Assembly (NCBI GenBank): GCA_030141605.1
Contig: JAQGDQ010000596.1
Coordinates: forward strand, 68,627 to 132,626
Direction: 5' to 3'
DNA length: 64,000 bases
Origin: Tubiluchus corallicola
Lineage: Eukaryota; Animalia; Priapulida
Within the stretch, counting starts at the first letter, position 1. The number at the start of each line of letters is the position of its first letter. A program made the translations under genes and the position numbers. This document shows positions 13,513 to 26,307 of the stretch, piece after piece. The notes beneath the pieces were generated by a model. The model saw nothing but the letters and a program-made list of their open reading frames with translations. It ran no database searches and was not told the DNA's origin.

Positions 13513-14024
13513 CAGTGCCGGTTCCTCTATAAGTACTGTGAAACTGCAGCACCCCCTATTTTCACTTGATATTATCGATAATATTCATTGTAACAAGTCT
13601 TTACTTCTTTCTTTATACTTGTATGGAACCAGAGAACGTGAGGGTAGTACTGTTTGCTTCACAGTCCAGTACAGTGCGCTCCAGCAATGCGGTTTAATGG
13701 CTGTTGTGCGCATGCGGACAAGCACACGTGTGAGATAACACGCTGTGCACTGCTAGCGTCTGCAAGGTAGAGAAAAGACTGTTGCTCACACAGTTTGTTG
13801 TCAGTTGCCACGTGCTTAAAACAATGGTACATTCTTCAACTGCAGCAACAATCCAATTGGTTTAGGATTTTATCGAGTTTATGTATAAATTTTCTTATGT
13901 TTGCTTGTTTGAAACTGCGAATTCAAATTACTACATGTTTGTTTTGCTTCACTCAATATTAAAACAATGGCTAAAAACTTCGTGAAGCAGCACGCCTAGT
14001 AATTTTATGTACAAGCCGCCGCTG
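13513..14024 (+). mobile_element. hAT-type MITE family 1, copy 1
   Basis: TIRs cagtgccggt...agccgccgctg; 8-bp TSD gacagaat/gacagagt; homologous to 15713-16219 and 55604-56084. Confidence 0.85.
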
Positions 14025-15054
14025 GACAGAGTGGATGCTAAGATGGATAAAAAGAAGATGGCCATTGATCATTATTCGACAGGTATACTTGTGAAAAATC
14101 TTGCAAGATGTGTGGAAGATCTTGAGTTCTTCAAATCATTGCTCCAATTATTTCTACACCTCTTCTCAACATTGCAGAAGCTGTGCAAGACACACGTGTG
14201 GCTTCACTGAATTTTGAGGGCAGGATAGATTCACTATCGTTTGGGATGTAATAAATTGATCTGTACTTTTACCTCGTTATTTTTGTACCACCCCCTAGCA
14301 ATAGGTTATGACCATCCTGTATTGTTGCATCCACATTCCACAGCAAGAGTTGAAGCAAAATTGTAAAGAAAGAAGGAATTACATGATAACAATGCCTGAA
14401 TGACTAGAAAAAAGATTTGTTAGGTAATGTAGCCTCATAGCAAAATAAAATAAGTGAAATAACTATTATTATAATAATTATTATTACAGTAATAATAATA
14501 ACTTAGATCATTTTATTACAAATTATAGAATTCCAACATTTTCACATAAGAAAATTAGCACTAATATTGCAATCCACTAAAATTACTATTAAAAAAACTA
14601 GTTTAGCTTTAATGTGCATCTCTGCAGGCAGTTGTTTTTTCTTATGTATAAAACTTATAAATTTCTTAGTAGTGGGAATAATAGTTTCTTATATAGTAAA
14701 AACACTGAATTGCGTAAACAGACGATATTTTCATCAGTGTTATTATCAGGAGTTTTTTAGCAGAAACCCAGTAACCACCATCCGCCAAGCAAATTAGTGT
14801 ACGCATTCAATACCAGCAGCAGTCTCAAGTCCCTCGACTAGCATCTTGTTCATATAATGCCCGCTGTACAAGGCTGCTACATGTCCAGCTTAGTCCTGGA
14901 CACTGGCTAAACATTGTATAAAAGAATGCATGTCATCATGTTTTGATTACTTGCAAGCTGTACCTTACATTGTATAATCACAACGAACACACCACGCACT
15001 GGGACGTAGTCATAACGGAAACCAACAAGAATACACGTGGGGTTTTTTCCACCA

Positions 15055-15263
15055 ACAAGAAGGGTGATATTTGCTTTTTTATTAGAATTGTTCAAGCAAA
15101 TCCCAGCAAGAAGGATGACATTTGCTTGTTTATTAGAATCGTTCAAGCAAATCCAAGCAAGAAGGATGATATTTGCTTGTTTATTAGAATCGTTCAAGCA
15201 AATCCAAGCAAGAAGGATGATATTTGCTTGTTTATTAGAATCGTTCAAGCAAATCCAAGCAAG
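15055..15263. repeat. 51-bp tandem repeat, about 4 copies
   Basis: caagaaggatgatatttgcttgtttattagaatcgttcaagcaaatccaag units. Confidence 0.92.
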
Positions 15264-15712
15264 AAATACGTAATTAATGAAAGAAAAATTATTAAATTAA
15301 TCATTTGCGAATTAATGACTGAAATCAGTCACCTTTATCATGAACTTTTTGTTTGCATAATAGACATCTGTTGTACTCAACTACATATACAAAAGACTGT
15401 AGGCCAACTACATTAAACATGTCCGTATGTAAAAAACATCTGAAACGTGTTTGAATTTGAAATGTCTGGAATATGTTATAAAAACTTATTTATTCCCAAT
15501 TTAAACCATCTAGAATAATTTGTAGACTGACTCTATGGTGAGTGTTAAAGAATAGTATTTTCTTAATTAAGATCTGCTGCCCTAATTCCCCATGCACAAA
15601 AAATACAATAATCTGAAATACCACTTTCCAAATGGATGGCTGAAAGGAGAATCACAGTATTTATAACAGTGGAAACTAGTGTACAGTCTAAATCATGAAA
15701 AGTATTACTCTT

Positions 15713-16219
15713 CAGTGGCAGCATATGTATGGGAACTGTGGAACTGCAGCACCTCCCATTTTCACTCAATATTGCCGATAATATTCAACATAATAGGTCT
15801 TTTTTCCTTAATTCTTTCTTTATACATGTACGGAACCAGAGCACGTGAGGGAAGAACTGTTTGCTTAACAAGCCAGCATAGTGCGCTGAAGCCAACAACA
15901 TGGTGGTTGGCTGTTGTGTGCAAACGTCTGAGCCCAGCTAGAAAAAGTATTGTCACTCACACAGTTTGTTGTCAGTTGTCACTTGCTTAGTGTGAATGGA
16001 TCAAGCTTGAACTGTGACAATTTAGGCTATTAGTAAACAAAACATACTTTTTATTTAGGATTTTATTAAGTTCTTGTATAAATTATTGTATGTTTGTTTG
16101 TTTAAACTTACAATATTAAAATTACATACGTTTGTTTCATTTTACACAGTATTAAAACAATGGCTAAAAATTTTCTGAAGCAGTACCCCTATTAATATAT
16201 TAGCTACAAGCCGCCATTG
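15713..16219 (+). mobile_element. hAT-type MITE family 1, copy 2
   Basis: cagtggcagc...agccgccattg ends; degenerate TSD ttactctt/atattctt; lies about 46 nt beyond the ZF1 stop codon. Confidence 0.82.
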
Positions 16220-16265
16220 ATATTCTTAATAGAAATTATAAACAACCTGTCCAAAAGCATGATTA

Positions 16266-17243
16266 TCACCTATTATTTGAACACTTTAGTTCATGTTGAC
16301 TGAGCTTTTCTGAGCGAGCAAACGCTGTACCACACATGATACAGATATACGGTTTTTCACCCGTGTGAATGCGTTCATGTCTCTTGAGTACGAATGCTCT
16401 GGCAAAACACAAGTTGCACGTCTGGCAACGGTAACGTTTCACAACATTATGTTGCTGTTGTATCGTGCGCGGGCTTTTTGGAGTTACTTTGCACTTTTTT
16501 CGCACATTCGATGCATCCTTAATACGTGATCTTCTGAGGTATGTTCCACTACTTACGAGCCTCTGAGGAGGAATAGAAGATGAGACTTGTGAGGATTTCA
16601 TTTGTTGAAAATGTTTTAAATTTTCCGACATTGCAAATGAATTATCTAGTATGGCAAGAGAGAGATTCTTAGCTTCATCATTCCCTAAATTGCTAGTAGT
16701 GGGGTAATTTGCATGAATAACAACATCTGCATTAGTTTCATTTGACGTGAGAGTTGGTTGCACTTTGGGAAATGCAGATTCACTACATAAATTATTGGCA
16801 TTCAACAATTTTCGGACACGCTTTTTATTATTGGGTTTTATATTTCTCGTTTGTAAAGCGTGAAATGGCACACTTGAAAATTTCACAGAATCCATCGAGT
16901 CCCAACAATTTCCTTCATAACCACTGCAAACAGAAGTCACCACCGCGCCACCTGCTGGCAAAATGTGTGACTCAACATGTGAATCGAACTCCTGGGCAAT
17001 ATCTTCACCCGCAGGTTCACTGCACGCAGATTCGTCAAAACTGATATCTTCTGTTTTAATGGATACTACATCGTTTAGAACAATGCTGTTGTCTGAATCT
17101 GGATTCCCAGGATCATGTCCTTCACAGACGACGACTTTACAATGCCAGGTTCTGGTGTGGGCAAAAAATATGTCTTCCGTCATGAAATATTCAGAACAGC
17201 TTGTACATTTATAATAGCATGTTGAACTTGCCATTGCGATCAT
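16266..17243 (-). CDS. C2H2 zinc-finger protein ZF1 (isolated N-terminal finger, low-complexity linker, two C-terminal fingers); single coding exon
   Basis: YRCQTC...HERIH-TGEKPY-ICIMC...HELKC; N-terminal YYKCTSCSEYF...HTRTWHC; acceptor tttttttcag at 17295-17294. The start may be the second Met (17234). Confidence 0.85.
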   Translation of the reverse strand: MIAMASSTCYYKCTSCSEYFMTEDIFFAHTRTWHCKVVVCEGHDPGNPDSDNSIVLNDVVSIKTEDISFDESACSEPAGEDIAQEFDSHVESHILPAGGAVVTSVCSGYEGNCWDSMDSVKFSSVPFHALQTRNIKPNNKKRVRKLLNANNLCSESAFPKVQPTLTSNETNADVVIHANYPTTSNLGNDEAKNLSLAILDNSFAMSENLKHFQQMKSSQVSSSIPPQRLVSSGTYLRRSRIKDASNVRKKCKVTPKSPRTIQQQHNVVKRYRCQTCNLCFARAFVLKRHERIHTGEKPYICIMCGTAFARSEKLSQHELKCSNNR

Positions 17244-19950
17244 ATGTCTTTATATACAAGCAAAATTTCACGGAAACATCAATGACAGTGGAGCTGAAAA
17301 AAAGATTTTTATCAAATACGTACAAAACACAAGAAATTTTTAATAATATGAAGCTAGAATACAGAAAGAAGGAATAATAGCTGTAAAAATTAAGTATTAA
17401 TTTTGGTAATTCATAGCCCGTGACCGCTTGGGTTCGATACTCTTTCTGAGCGTTTTCATTCCTCACACTGTTTCTGGCTGTTAACTTCATAGGAGGATGT
17501 ATATACAATGAAACATGGCTGACACATGTTCCTGTTCACTTATTAATATCTTCGGATACCCATGACAATGAGCTAGTGTCCAGTCTTGCCACAACTATCC
17601 ATATTAGGGCCCTTTGCAGAAGGTAGTATTTAGGCTTATAGTGTGCCAAAGTGTACAAAAAATAATCAGCTACTACAAGCTTGAAAAAAACAAATTTGCT
17701 TCAGCAAAAGGTTAGAAAGGGATAAAACCAGAGGTGGTAAAGACTCGTGTCATTAACTCGTACTTGAATGCACTTGAATGTGAGACACTCATGCTTAACT
17801 CAACATCCCTGCATACTGCCCTCTTGTCTCATCTGTCCTCCTCGCTGTGACGCAATTAACTGCGACGCAGCACATGGTGCATGACAAGGCACATGGCAAC
17901 CTATGTGTCAACACTATGTGAGACCTTTGTAAGCACAATTTTTAACTTTTGCTCAAACCAGACTTTAACTGTCCGTCATTTTAAAACAAATTTATTATTT
18001 TAAATCAGGTTTTTTAATTAAAATTATATGCTTATAGCACTATCAAATGAGCACATTTGCAGCTGTAGCGGCCTACTCAATAATTTTTGTTCAGTCACCC
18101 TACCCTTGGCTTTGCTTGACAAACCAATCCCACGACGAGGCACTACAAAGCAAAGCAATACACAGTGATGTCGAGCAACATCCCACATAATGTTTCAATA
18201 AATCCAGCAAACAAAACAATATGTAACCAGATACTGGTGTTTTAATGGGCCCCAATCTATAATATCAAAATTTATTTTCAGCAGTGCTACTGATAGCCTG
18301 ATGATTTGTATTAATACATAAACTAAACTAAACAAGCCGCAACATAATCCTAGTATTGAGAGTGAGTTACAACGAAAAAGGAACTTTAGTTTTTAATACC
18401 GGGTATTGCATCAAACTGATTCTCAAAAGGAAATAATGCTAGTCATTTTCATCTTAAATTTCTTTTGCTAAAAAATAACGACGCAATACGCGTAATCTTT
18501 TTTTTCAGTAACAAAGATTTTTGTTCGGTGCTTGGCTCTCTTTGTTCACGCCTCTGCCCTTGACAAAAATTTTAGTGAATTTACAATTTTTACGCACCAA
18601 AATAAATAATAATAACAATAATAATAGTTTCAATAACAGCAATAAGTTGTTTGGTACTTCCGGTTTCTGTTCCCAGGTCGCAAATTAATTTCTTAATTTA
18701 TGTACAGTACAGTGTACAGTCCAGACGCATTTGCCCAGAACAGTGTATGTTTAATTTCATATGAACTAACACTGATTGTCTGTCTTGTATTATGATGGTC
18801 AATGTTTTAAAATGGCAAATAAAGATTTTACTACTACTACTACTACAGTGCTGCATGTATTATTAAAATTATTATGCAATATGTGTGTATATATACATAT
18901 ATATATATCGACCACCAACTTCATAACAAAAAATTAAGCAAAACGTTTGAACTTAATTTCTGTCGTCTACTAAGTGCAATTAAGGCTGTCATATAGCAAA
19001 ACGTGGTTCTAACCATAACAATAGTAGTCCTTGACCTATAACCATATGCTACACTTTGTAACAGAGTTGAAACAGCCTTCAGAGACGAATTTTTAATTGC
19101 TCTTAATTAGTAAATAAAAAAGATATCAACTATAATTGATATTTTAATGTTAAAAATATTCATAAGCACAAATGTGTAATCAAAACAGTTTTCCATCGAA
19201 ACACGTTGCTAATATACAAGAAACGGAATGAGTATACACAGTCTTCGGGACATAGCCTCTTGATTCACTTGCCATATATTTTTGACTGTTTTTTATTCAG
19301 ATCATGGCAAACTTTATTTTAGTGGCACACACCAGTTCAAAGCAGTTCCACTTACATATAAATCTTGAAAAATTTGATTTAGCCTGAAATTTTATACCAC
19401 TTAAGTTCTACCTTTTTGCATACAGGGCTTGTGTCAGCAGGAATGCTGTAAAAAGCATGTAAATTTAAACTCCTACGGATGACTGTTAGATGCAGCCATT
19501 TTGACGATAAGTCATTTGGAACAAGTTTAGATAACAGTGAGTAAAGTTTACAAAAATAGAGCATTCGCAGTGCACACACCACTAACTAAGTAAAACTTTA
19601 AAGTACTGTATCTTGTCATTAAGATTACAAATACATTTTTGGTTAGTGAGCAATATACTTTGGAGACTGAGTCTGTGACATTTTACCAATTACTGAAAAC
19701 ATTTTAAATAATTAATCATTTTCTTTTTCAGTTACATGAATCTTTCAAATAGGTAAGCAAAACGCTAAGTAATATAACTTTGCATGGAAAGTTTTTTGGA
19801 ATACAGTTTAACATTTTGTTTTCTTCCCCTAATGTACGCTGTGCATATATAACATCACGTAGTGATGCAGTCGGAACAGTATTGTGGAAGATTTAAAATG
19901 AAAACAAGCAAAAAAGCCTTTCAACGCGAGTATGATGCATGCGAAAGTGC

Positions 19951-21790
19951 TATAATCTTTCATAATCTTTCTCAATAATTTCGGCTTCTTAAAGTGTGAC
20001 TATCGTGAAGCCCTCAATCTCTCCTTAAAAGTGTTTAAATTCGATGCACTAACCACTTTTCCTGGCAAACTATTCCAATTGTTCACTAAACGGTGTGAAA
20101 AAATGAACTTTTGCAATTAATTCTTGCATATGGTTATACACTTTCTTAGAATGACCGTGAGTGGACATCAGAGGTGCAGCCTTAAATAGTGTATCACAAC
20201 TAACACGGTTGTCTCCATTTATGTACTTGAATACTTCATACAAGTCAGCTGTTTCTCTTCTCTGTTGGAGTGAACAAATCTCAGGACGCAAATCAGCTGC
20301 ATAACATAATCGCAGGCACCTATCTTGAACTTTCTGCAATCTCTTGATGTCGAACTGTAAAGATGGTGACCATACGACACCAGAATATCCTAATAATGGT
20401 CACACATAAGCTTTGTAGAAAATTAACACCTGCTTAGGATCCCAATTAACAAAACATCTTTTAATCAATCCAATCATATGATTTGGTGATATGTGCAGCA
20501 GGCTTCAGATCATTAGGTATAATCACACGTAGGTCTTTGTGTTGGCTCACTGCCAGACAAGCAATAGTGTGATGAAACTTGATCTTTAAGTTACAACACT
20601 ATACATTTATCTGCATTAAACTGTAATAACTATTTATCAGACCAGGCTTCCAGATGAAATAATTCTTGTTGTAAATGTACTGAACCTTCTATTGTCAGAA
20701 CTCGACGAGAGATTTTTGTATCGTCAGCAAACATACTAATCTCTGAAGCAACTAAATCTGGCAAATCATTGGCAAATAGCAGTAATAAAACAGGACCCAG
20801 TATAGACCGTTGTGGAATGCCGCTAGAAAGAAAGCACCACTTGGAAGATGTACCATTAATTGCTGCTCAGTGTCTATGACTTGACAAAAATGCTTCAAAC
20901 CACTTGAGAATATGCCTCTGATGCCTGAGTAATACAATTTAATTATTAGTCGCTGGTGTGCAACAGTGTCAAATACTTTGCTGACGTCCAAATAAATCAC
21001 ATCCATGCCTTCCCCCAAATTATACATACTGATGTCCAGTCATCAAGAACTTCCACAAGGTTGGTACTGCACGACTTTCCTCTCTGAAAACCACAGTTTC
21101 TAGAGTTGATAAGATTTTCTTCCATGCAGAAGCCCATCAGTTGTTGTTGAATTAAACGTTCCAATGTCTTAACAACAATGCTAGTCAATGATATGGTCAA
21201 GGATAAGTGAGTACTTTGGGACCTTTCTTTGGCATAGGAGAAACATTAGCATCACGGCAATCCTGAGGCAAACAAGGACAATCTATAGACTTCCTGAACA
21301 ACAGGAAAAGTGGTTTTGCCAGTGTTTCTGTCCAATTCTTCAAAATGGTGGTATGAACTCTTTCATGACTTTTCGCTATTGTCTCATTAGCTGGTCATAT
21401 AGTGTTTGTATTGTATTGTATATGTATATTGTATTGACATCATCGATTACACTACTAGGAGAAGGACCGACACACCGAGGAATTAAATCTGAAGACTCTT
21501 TAATAAACACTGAAGCAAAAAAGTCATTCAATGCATTAGCCTTATCGGAATCATCTATCAGAACTTTATTATCTGGTCCTAATAAGGAATCTATGGAATT
21601 CTTTGGCTTAGTAAATTGTTTCTTGTAACTAAAGAACTTCATTAGATTAGTTCTTATACTCTGTACGAGGTTGTTCTCATAAACTTTCCTAGACTTTATT
21701 AATGTGTCCATGAGATGTTTTGAAGTATTGTTGAACAACATTTTATGTGCATGAAAGTGAAAATGATTGGTATGCATTAAAATTATAATT
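19951..21790 (-). mobile_element. 5'-truncated, frameshifted CR1/L2-group LINE (reverse transcriptase pseudogene)
   Basis: ISLTSIVVKTLE, GFQRGKSCSTNL, DVIYLDVSKVFDTVAH, SGIPQRSILGPVL and MFADDTKI motifs spread over several frames; short (aagattat) tail repeat at about 19951-19970. Confidence 0.9.
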
Positions 21791-22960
21791 TAATAAAGTA
21801 ATAGAATTTTTAAGGCGATTTTTCTGAAACCCACTTCAAGTACCTCTTTCCTTTATCGTTTTCGTCCTTAATGCTGTTACTTCTCCTGTTGCCGCCCGAA
21901 GAATGCTGTCAGAATTGCATAAAAATAACTCGAGTTATGTTAAACGAACAGCAAAAGGTTTTCCCTATTGATTTATACGTTAGTGAGACACATGTTTAAG
22001 GTGTTGTATTTTTTATTTTATATTACACCTAGTGACGAATTATAACTCCTTTTCGCCGTTTAATAGAAAATTAATATTCGTAGTTGCCTTTTGGGGCAGT
22101 GGCAATGTAGAATGTGATTAAAGTGGATGTGACATACGCTACTACGTGAAGTTACTTTGCACATGTGCAGCTGTTATGGCATTGGCAACCCAGTCATGCG
22201 CTATTTCACACTCATACACATTTTAAGCTGTACAAACTGATGTCAGAAAACTAGGTTATCTGTAATTACTTGCACTTTGAGAAGATAAATGTCTATGTCT
22301 AAGCTATTGATCAGCAAACTTAATATTTTACGATAATTGAGATCACAAAGAATGAATGAATTAGAGCTTTGACAATTATTCATAATGAAAGCTACTATTC
22401 AATTATCAAAATCATCTAAGGACCGAAGGCGAAGTTATCTAAATGTTAAAGTTAAATTTGTGAACTGCATATAAAATAACCTGTAATTTCTAGGCTTATA
22501 ACTATAAGGCCCTATATATTATGGGAATATAGCTGACCTTGAGAAAACTGATATCATAACAATAAGCAGAATTAAAATTAAACACAAAAAAGTTATCCTT
22601 TTTCTTTTCCTTTTTCTACTTCAATAATTCACTATTTTCTACAACAAAATGAACATGCATATTTGTTAAATATTACTTTTGTCAAATATTTGCTGTGACT
22701 GCCCTTAACCACATGGTGATTTCAAAGAATGATCGTGGTCATAGTGTTGGAAAATTAGAGATGTACAATGGAGTATCATAGATTGTATACTCCAAAAACG
22801 AGACGATTTAGCAAAAATTGCATCTCCTTTTTTTCAGATACTTAAAAATGTTTTTATAGCTAAGACTTCAAATTTTCAGTTAAGCAACTTGATCTGGCTG
22901 ATTTCTTCTCCGTGTAAAACAGCACAAGAGCTAGACAAAGCTTCTTGAGCCAAGCTCAAC

Positions 22961-23971
22961 ATGACTGACACAATGTACTACAAGTGCACTGTTTGCTCAG
23001 AATATTTCTTAAGCGAAGCTAATTTTTTCTGCCATACAAGAATTTGGCACTGTAAAGTATTGGTTTCAGCGGGACAGACGACTATCGCTCCAGACGACCA
23101 TAATACTGTGCAAGTTAAGAGTGAACCAGATGATATAAATGACCAAACAAGTTCCTTTGCTTTTACGGAGCGAGTCACATGGCCTTCTGCAATACCAGAT
23201 GATTCACTCAACATACCACAATGTAACGGTGAACAGCAAGAAAGTTGCACAGAAAAAGAAAGTTATAAACGAGGATTGTCATCTGAGTTTTGTTATGATG
23301 TCGATTCTTGCAAACCTGCTTCTAATTTTATTCCACGTTTGACTGACGAAGACGATGCATCACACTCTGAGAAGTCGTTTCCATGTTACAGAGAAACAGC
23401 ATCTCATATAACTGACGAAAGTTCGTTAATAAAATCCAACTTTATTTCTTCGTGCAGCTCACAAAATACTTCATCGACGGGCCTTGTTTCTTCTGTAAAT
23501 AGTTCACACAGTGTAGCATCTACAGATCTTCTTCGTCTTTCACATTCCTCACATAGCACATTACCTACAGGTCTTATTCCTTCATCAAACAGCCCCAATA
23601 CTGAATTGCCTATAGGCAGTCTACGTGGTGTGTCAGCTACAAATGCATTCGCTGTTACAAACAAACGTGCGTCGGGTGTTTCCAAAAAATCATTCTGCTG
23701 CAGTTTGTGCAAACTGTTATTTAATTCGATTAGTGACCTGAGATACCACGAAAAACATCAATGCCTGAACTCTGGCAGGTTTCTGCACAAATGCAAAGTG
23801 TGCAATCATGTATTCAAACGAGCTTACCATTTACGAAGACACGAGAATATTCACACAGGAGAGAAACCTTACGTTTGTGATCTGTGCAGCTGCAAGTTTA
23901 ACCGCAGTGACCATCTGAACAAACATAAGCGTCAGTTTCATTATGTATCACTGTTAACACTGCCACATTAA
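22961..23971 (+). CDS. C2H2 zinc-finger protein ZF2 (paralog of ZF1; N-terminal finger, Ser-rich linker, three C-terminal fingers); single coding exon
   Basis: HKCKVC...HENIH-TGEKPY-VCDLC...HKRQFH; N-terminus YYKCTVCSEYF...HTRIWHCKV matches ZF1; acceptor candidates at 22837 and 22879. Confidence 0.87.
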   Translation: MTDTMYYKCTVCSEYFLSEANFFCHTRIWHCKVLVSAGQTTIAPDDHNTVQVKSEPDDINDQTSSFAFTERVTWPSAIPDDSLNIPQCNGEQQESCTEKESYKRGLSSEFCYDVDSCKPASNFIPRLTDEDDASHSEKSFPCYRETASHITDESSLIKSNFISSCSSQNTSSTGLVSSVNSSHSVASTDLLRLSHSSHSTLPTGLIPSSNSPNTELPIGSLRGVSATNAFAVTNKRASGVSKKSFCCSLCKLLFNSISDLRYHEKHQCLNSGRFLHKCKVCNHVFKRAYHLRRHENIHTGEKPYVCDLCSCKFNRSDHLNKHKRQFHYVSLLTLPH

Positions 23972-24288
23972 AACAAGTGAGAACTTAGTGATCATCTGAA
24001 CAAACATAAGCGTCAGTTTCATCATGTGTCACTGTTCACATTGCCGCATTAAAACAAGTGAGAACTTAGTGATCATCTGAACAAACATAGGCGTCAGTTT
24101 CATCATGTGTCACTGTTCACACTGCCACATTAAAACAAGTGAGAACTTAGTGATCATCTGAACAAACATAAGCGTCAGTTTCATCATGTGTCACTGTTCA
24201 CACTGCCACATCAAAACAATTGAGAACTTAGTGATCATCTGAACAAACATAAGCGTCACTTTCATCATGTATCACTGTTAACACTGTC
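23906..24288. repeat. 81-bp tandem repeat, about 4.7 copies, overlapping the ZF2 stop codon
   Basis: Units start at 23906, 23987, 24068, 24149 and 24230. Confidence 0.95.
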
Positions 24289-24378
24289 ATTATCAATATG
24301 TCTTCCATAACATCATTTCCCACAGTTTTCTAACATCAGCAGAATTTATTCAGTCTACAAATTGTACAGTATCTTGGC

Positions 24379-24927
24379 TAGGTTTACCATACGTCCGGGT
24401 TTCCCCGGACACGTCCTCTTTTTGGGCCTCTGTCTAGGCGGGTTTTCAAAAAATCGGCAATTTGTCCGGGTTTTGCCCGGGGTATGTACGGACGCTCCAA
24501 CTGCAGAGGCATAGGACAGTACGAGACAAAGAAAAGCTCGTTAATTTTCAATATAAGATGTTGCTAACATCTCAAAATGCAACCCTTGTAAAAGCTTTGT
24601 GTACGTGTTTACTGAACAAAAGTAAGCGATGCGCACATCACTACGGGTCACACCGCTGTCGATACTCGGCATATTCGCTAACGACTTAAAATGGCGTCAG
24701 CTTCCGGGAGCCATTTTGTTTCTTTTTATGTGAATTTCTTTAAATTTGTATAGTTTCACCGTTTTGCAGTTTTGAGCAACTGGTAAAAGTTAATTAGAAA
24801 GTAGTATTCGTAGGCCTATTTGTATAATTTGCATTGTTTTAATAGACCCTAGACTGGTCATTTTTGCCTACTTACAAGTGTGCGAAAAAGTGTCCTCTTT
24901 TTCAACTCAGACAATATGGTAACCCTA
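24379..24927. mobile_element. hAT-type MITE family 2
   Basis: TIR taggtttaccata / tatggtaacccta; perfect 8-bp TSD ATCTTGGC. Confidence 0.9.
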
Positions 24928-25166
24928 ATCTTGGCAAACTATCATTGTTTCATAACAAGTAAAAATGTATGCTTGTACAGTTGTATAATTTTTGTATCGT
25001 TCTACAATTCCTTACACAAAGTGTGTATTCAATGTACAGCATCTCAAAATTCGCCTCTCTTTAAATTCACCAATAAAGCGTGTTATCCCAGTATCTATAA
25101 CAATGAACACAGTGTTAATGGACTTTTTCATTAATAACTGCTGTCAGTGTTTAAGCAAAATCAGGA

Positions 25167-25464
25167 TGTAGTGGTTACAGGAATTACGATTGCATACTTA
25201 ATAATGTTATTTGCATTTATATACATGTGCGTACTTGAAGCATTAAAAACGCAATTTAGCATAGATTTATAAATGTATGTTACTGTTAATAATGGTAGTA
25301 ATCAGTATGTAATGGTTACAGGAATTACGATTGCATACTTAATAATGTTATTTACATTTATATATATATATATATGTGTGTGTGTTTGTGTATATGTACT
25401 TGAAGCATTAAAAACGCAATTCAACATAGATTTATAAATGTATGTTACTGTTAATAATGGTAAT
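25167..25464. repeat. Tandem duplication of about 140 bp (2 copies)
   Basis: tggttacaggaattacgattgcatacttaataatg...tactgttaataatggta occurs twice; the second copy has a (TA)n(TG)n expansion. Confidence 0.9.
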
Positions 25465-25820
25465 AAAAACTGTCTAATGCATTTTTTAACATTTATAAAA
25501 GGCCTGAAATGAATGTCTATTATTTATAGTTACAAGTAACAAGATATATAATATATGTGTGTATATAATATATATGTGTACAACTGTCAGCTGCTGACTA
25601 GTCAAACTTGTGTAGCTTGTATGAACTGTAAGGGCTTTTACAGTTTTACATAATTGCTGCTAGGGTCGCTGTAATTTCAATCCACAGAAATAAATTTTAT
25701 GTGTTCGTGTTATAAATAATGCCTGTTTAAGTGTATATATTCCAAAGTAAACATTTCGGTGACATCACAATGGTCAATAGGCTGTATACAGTGCAAGATT
25801 AATTTTGTAATTCCTCGATA

Positions 25821-26254
25821 AGCCTTTTCACAGTTCCAGCGACCGATGATGATTGTGAAAAGGTCAAAGGTTAAATGTACCAGACAATGCATTTGTGTAC
25901 ACTTGGCAACACCTTGCAGCCCATCCTACTTTGATAGTAACAGTTCTAACGTGCTTTAACAGCTAGCTAGAACCTTACTAGTTCATTTTTTCTCGTTCCC
26001 TGGCAAGATCCTGCTAATAAATCACTCTATGAAAAGGCTAATGCATAGATCCATATTAACTTGGTTGTAATTTTATTATTGCCTGCAATAAAGTTGGAAT
26101 GAATAATTAAGCATAAAACAACTGAAGTTACTGAACTAATGCAGCAGACGGCTTTGCTTTACACACACACATCACGTGACAATTGTAGTTAAAACACGTT
26201 GCTGTGGTGCACTTAACCTTTGACCTACAGCAACAACGAAACTGTGAAAAGGCT
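25821..26254. mobile_element. PIF/Harbinger-like MITE family 3, copy 1
   Basis: Perfect 15-bp TIR agccttttcacagtt / aactgtgaaaaggct, subterminal inverted aggtcaaaggttaa; second copy at 35069-35410. Confidence 0.82.
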
Positions 26255-26307
26255 TGTCGTTCTACAGGTGTAATTAAATTTATTTGCAGGTGCAAATCTG
26301 ACGCCAC

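Noticed and set aside
14760-14900. Extra minus-strand exon (AGHVA...AWRMVV)
   Set aside because: Contains stops; at best a very decayed RTE-type LINE tail, too weak to call.
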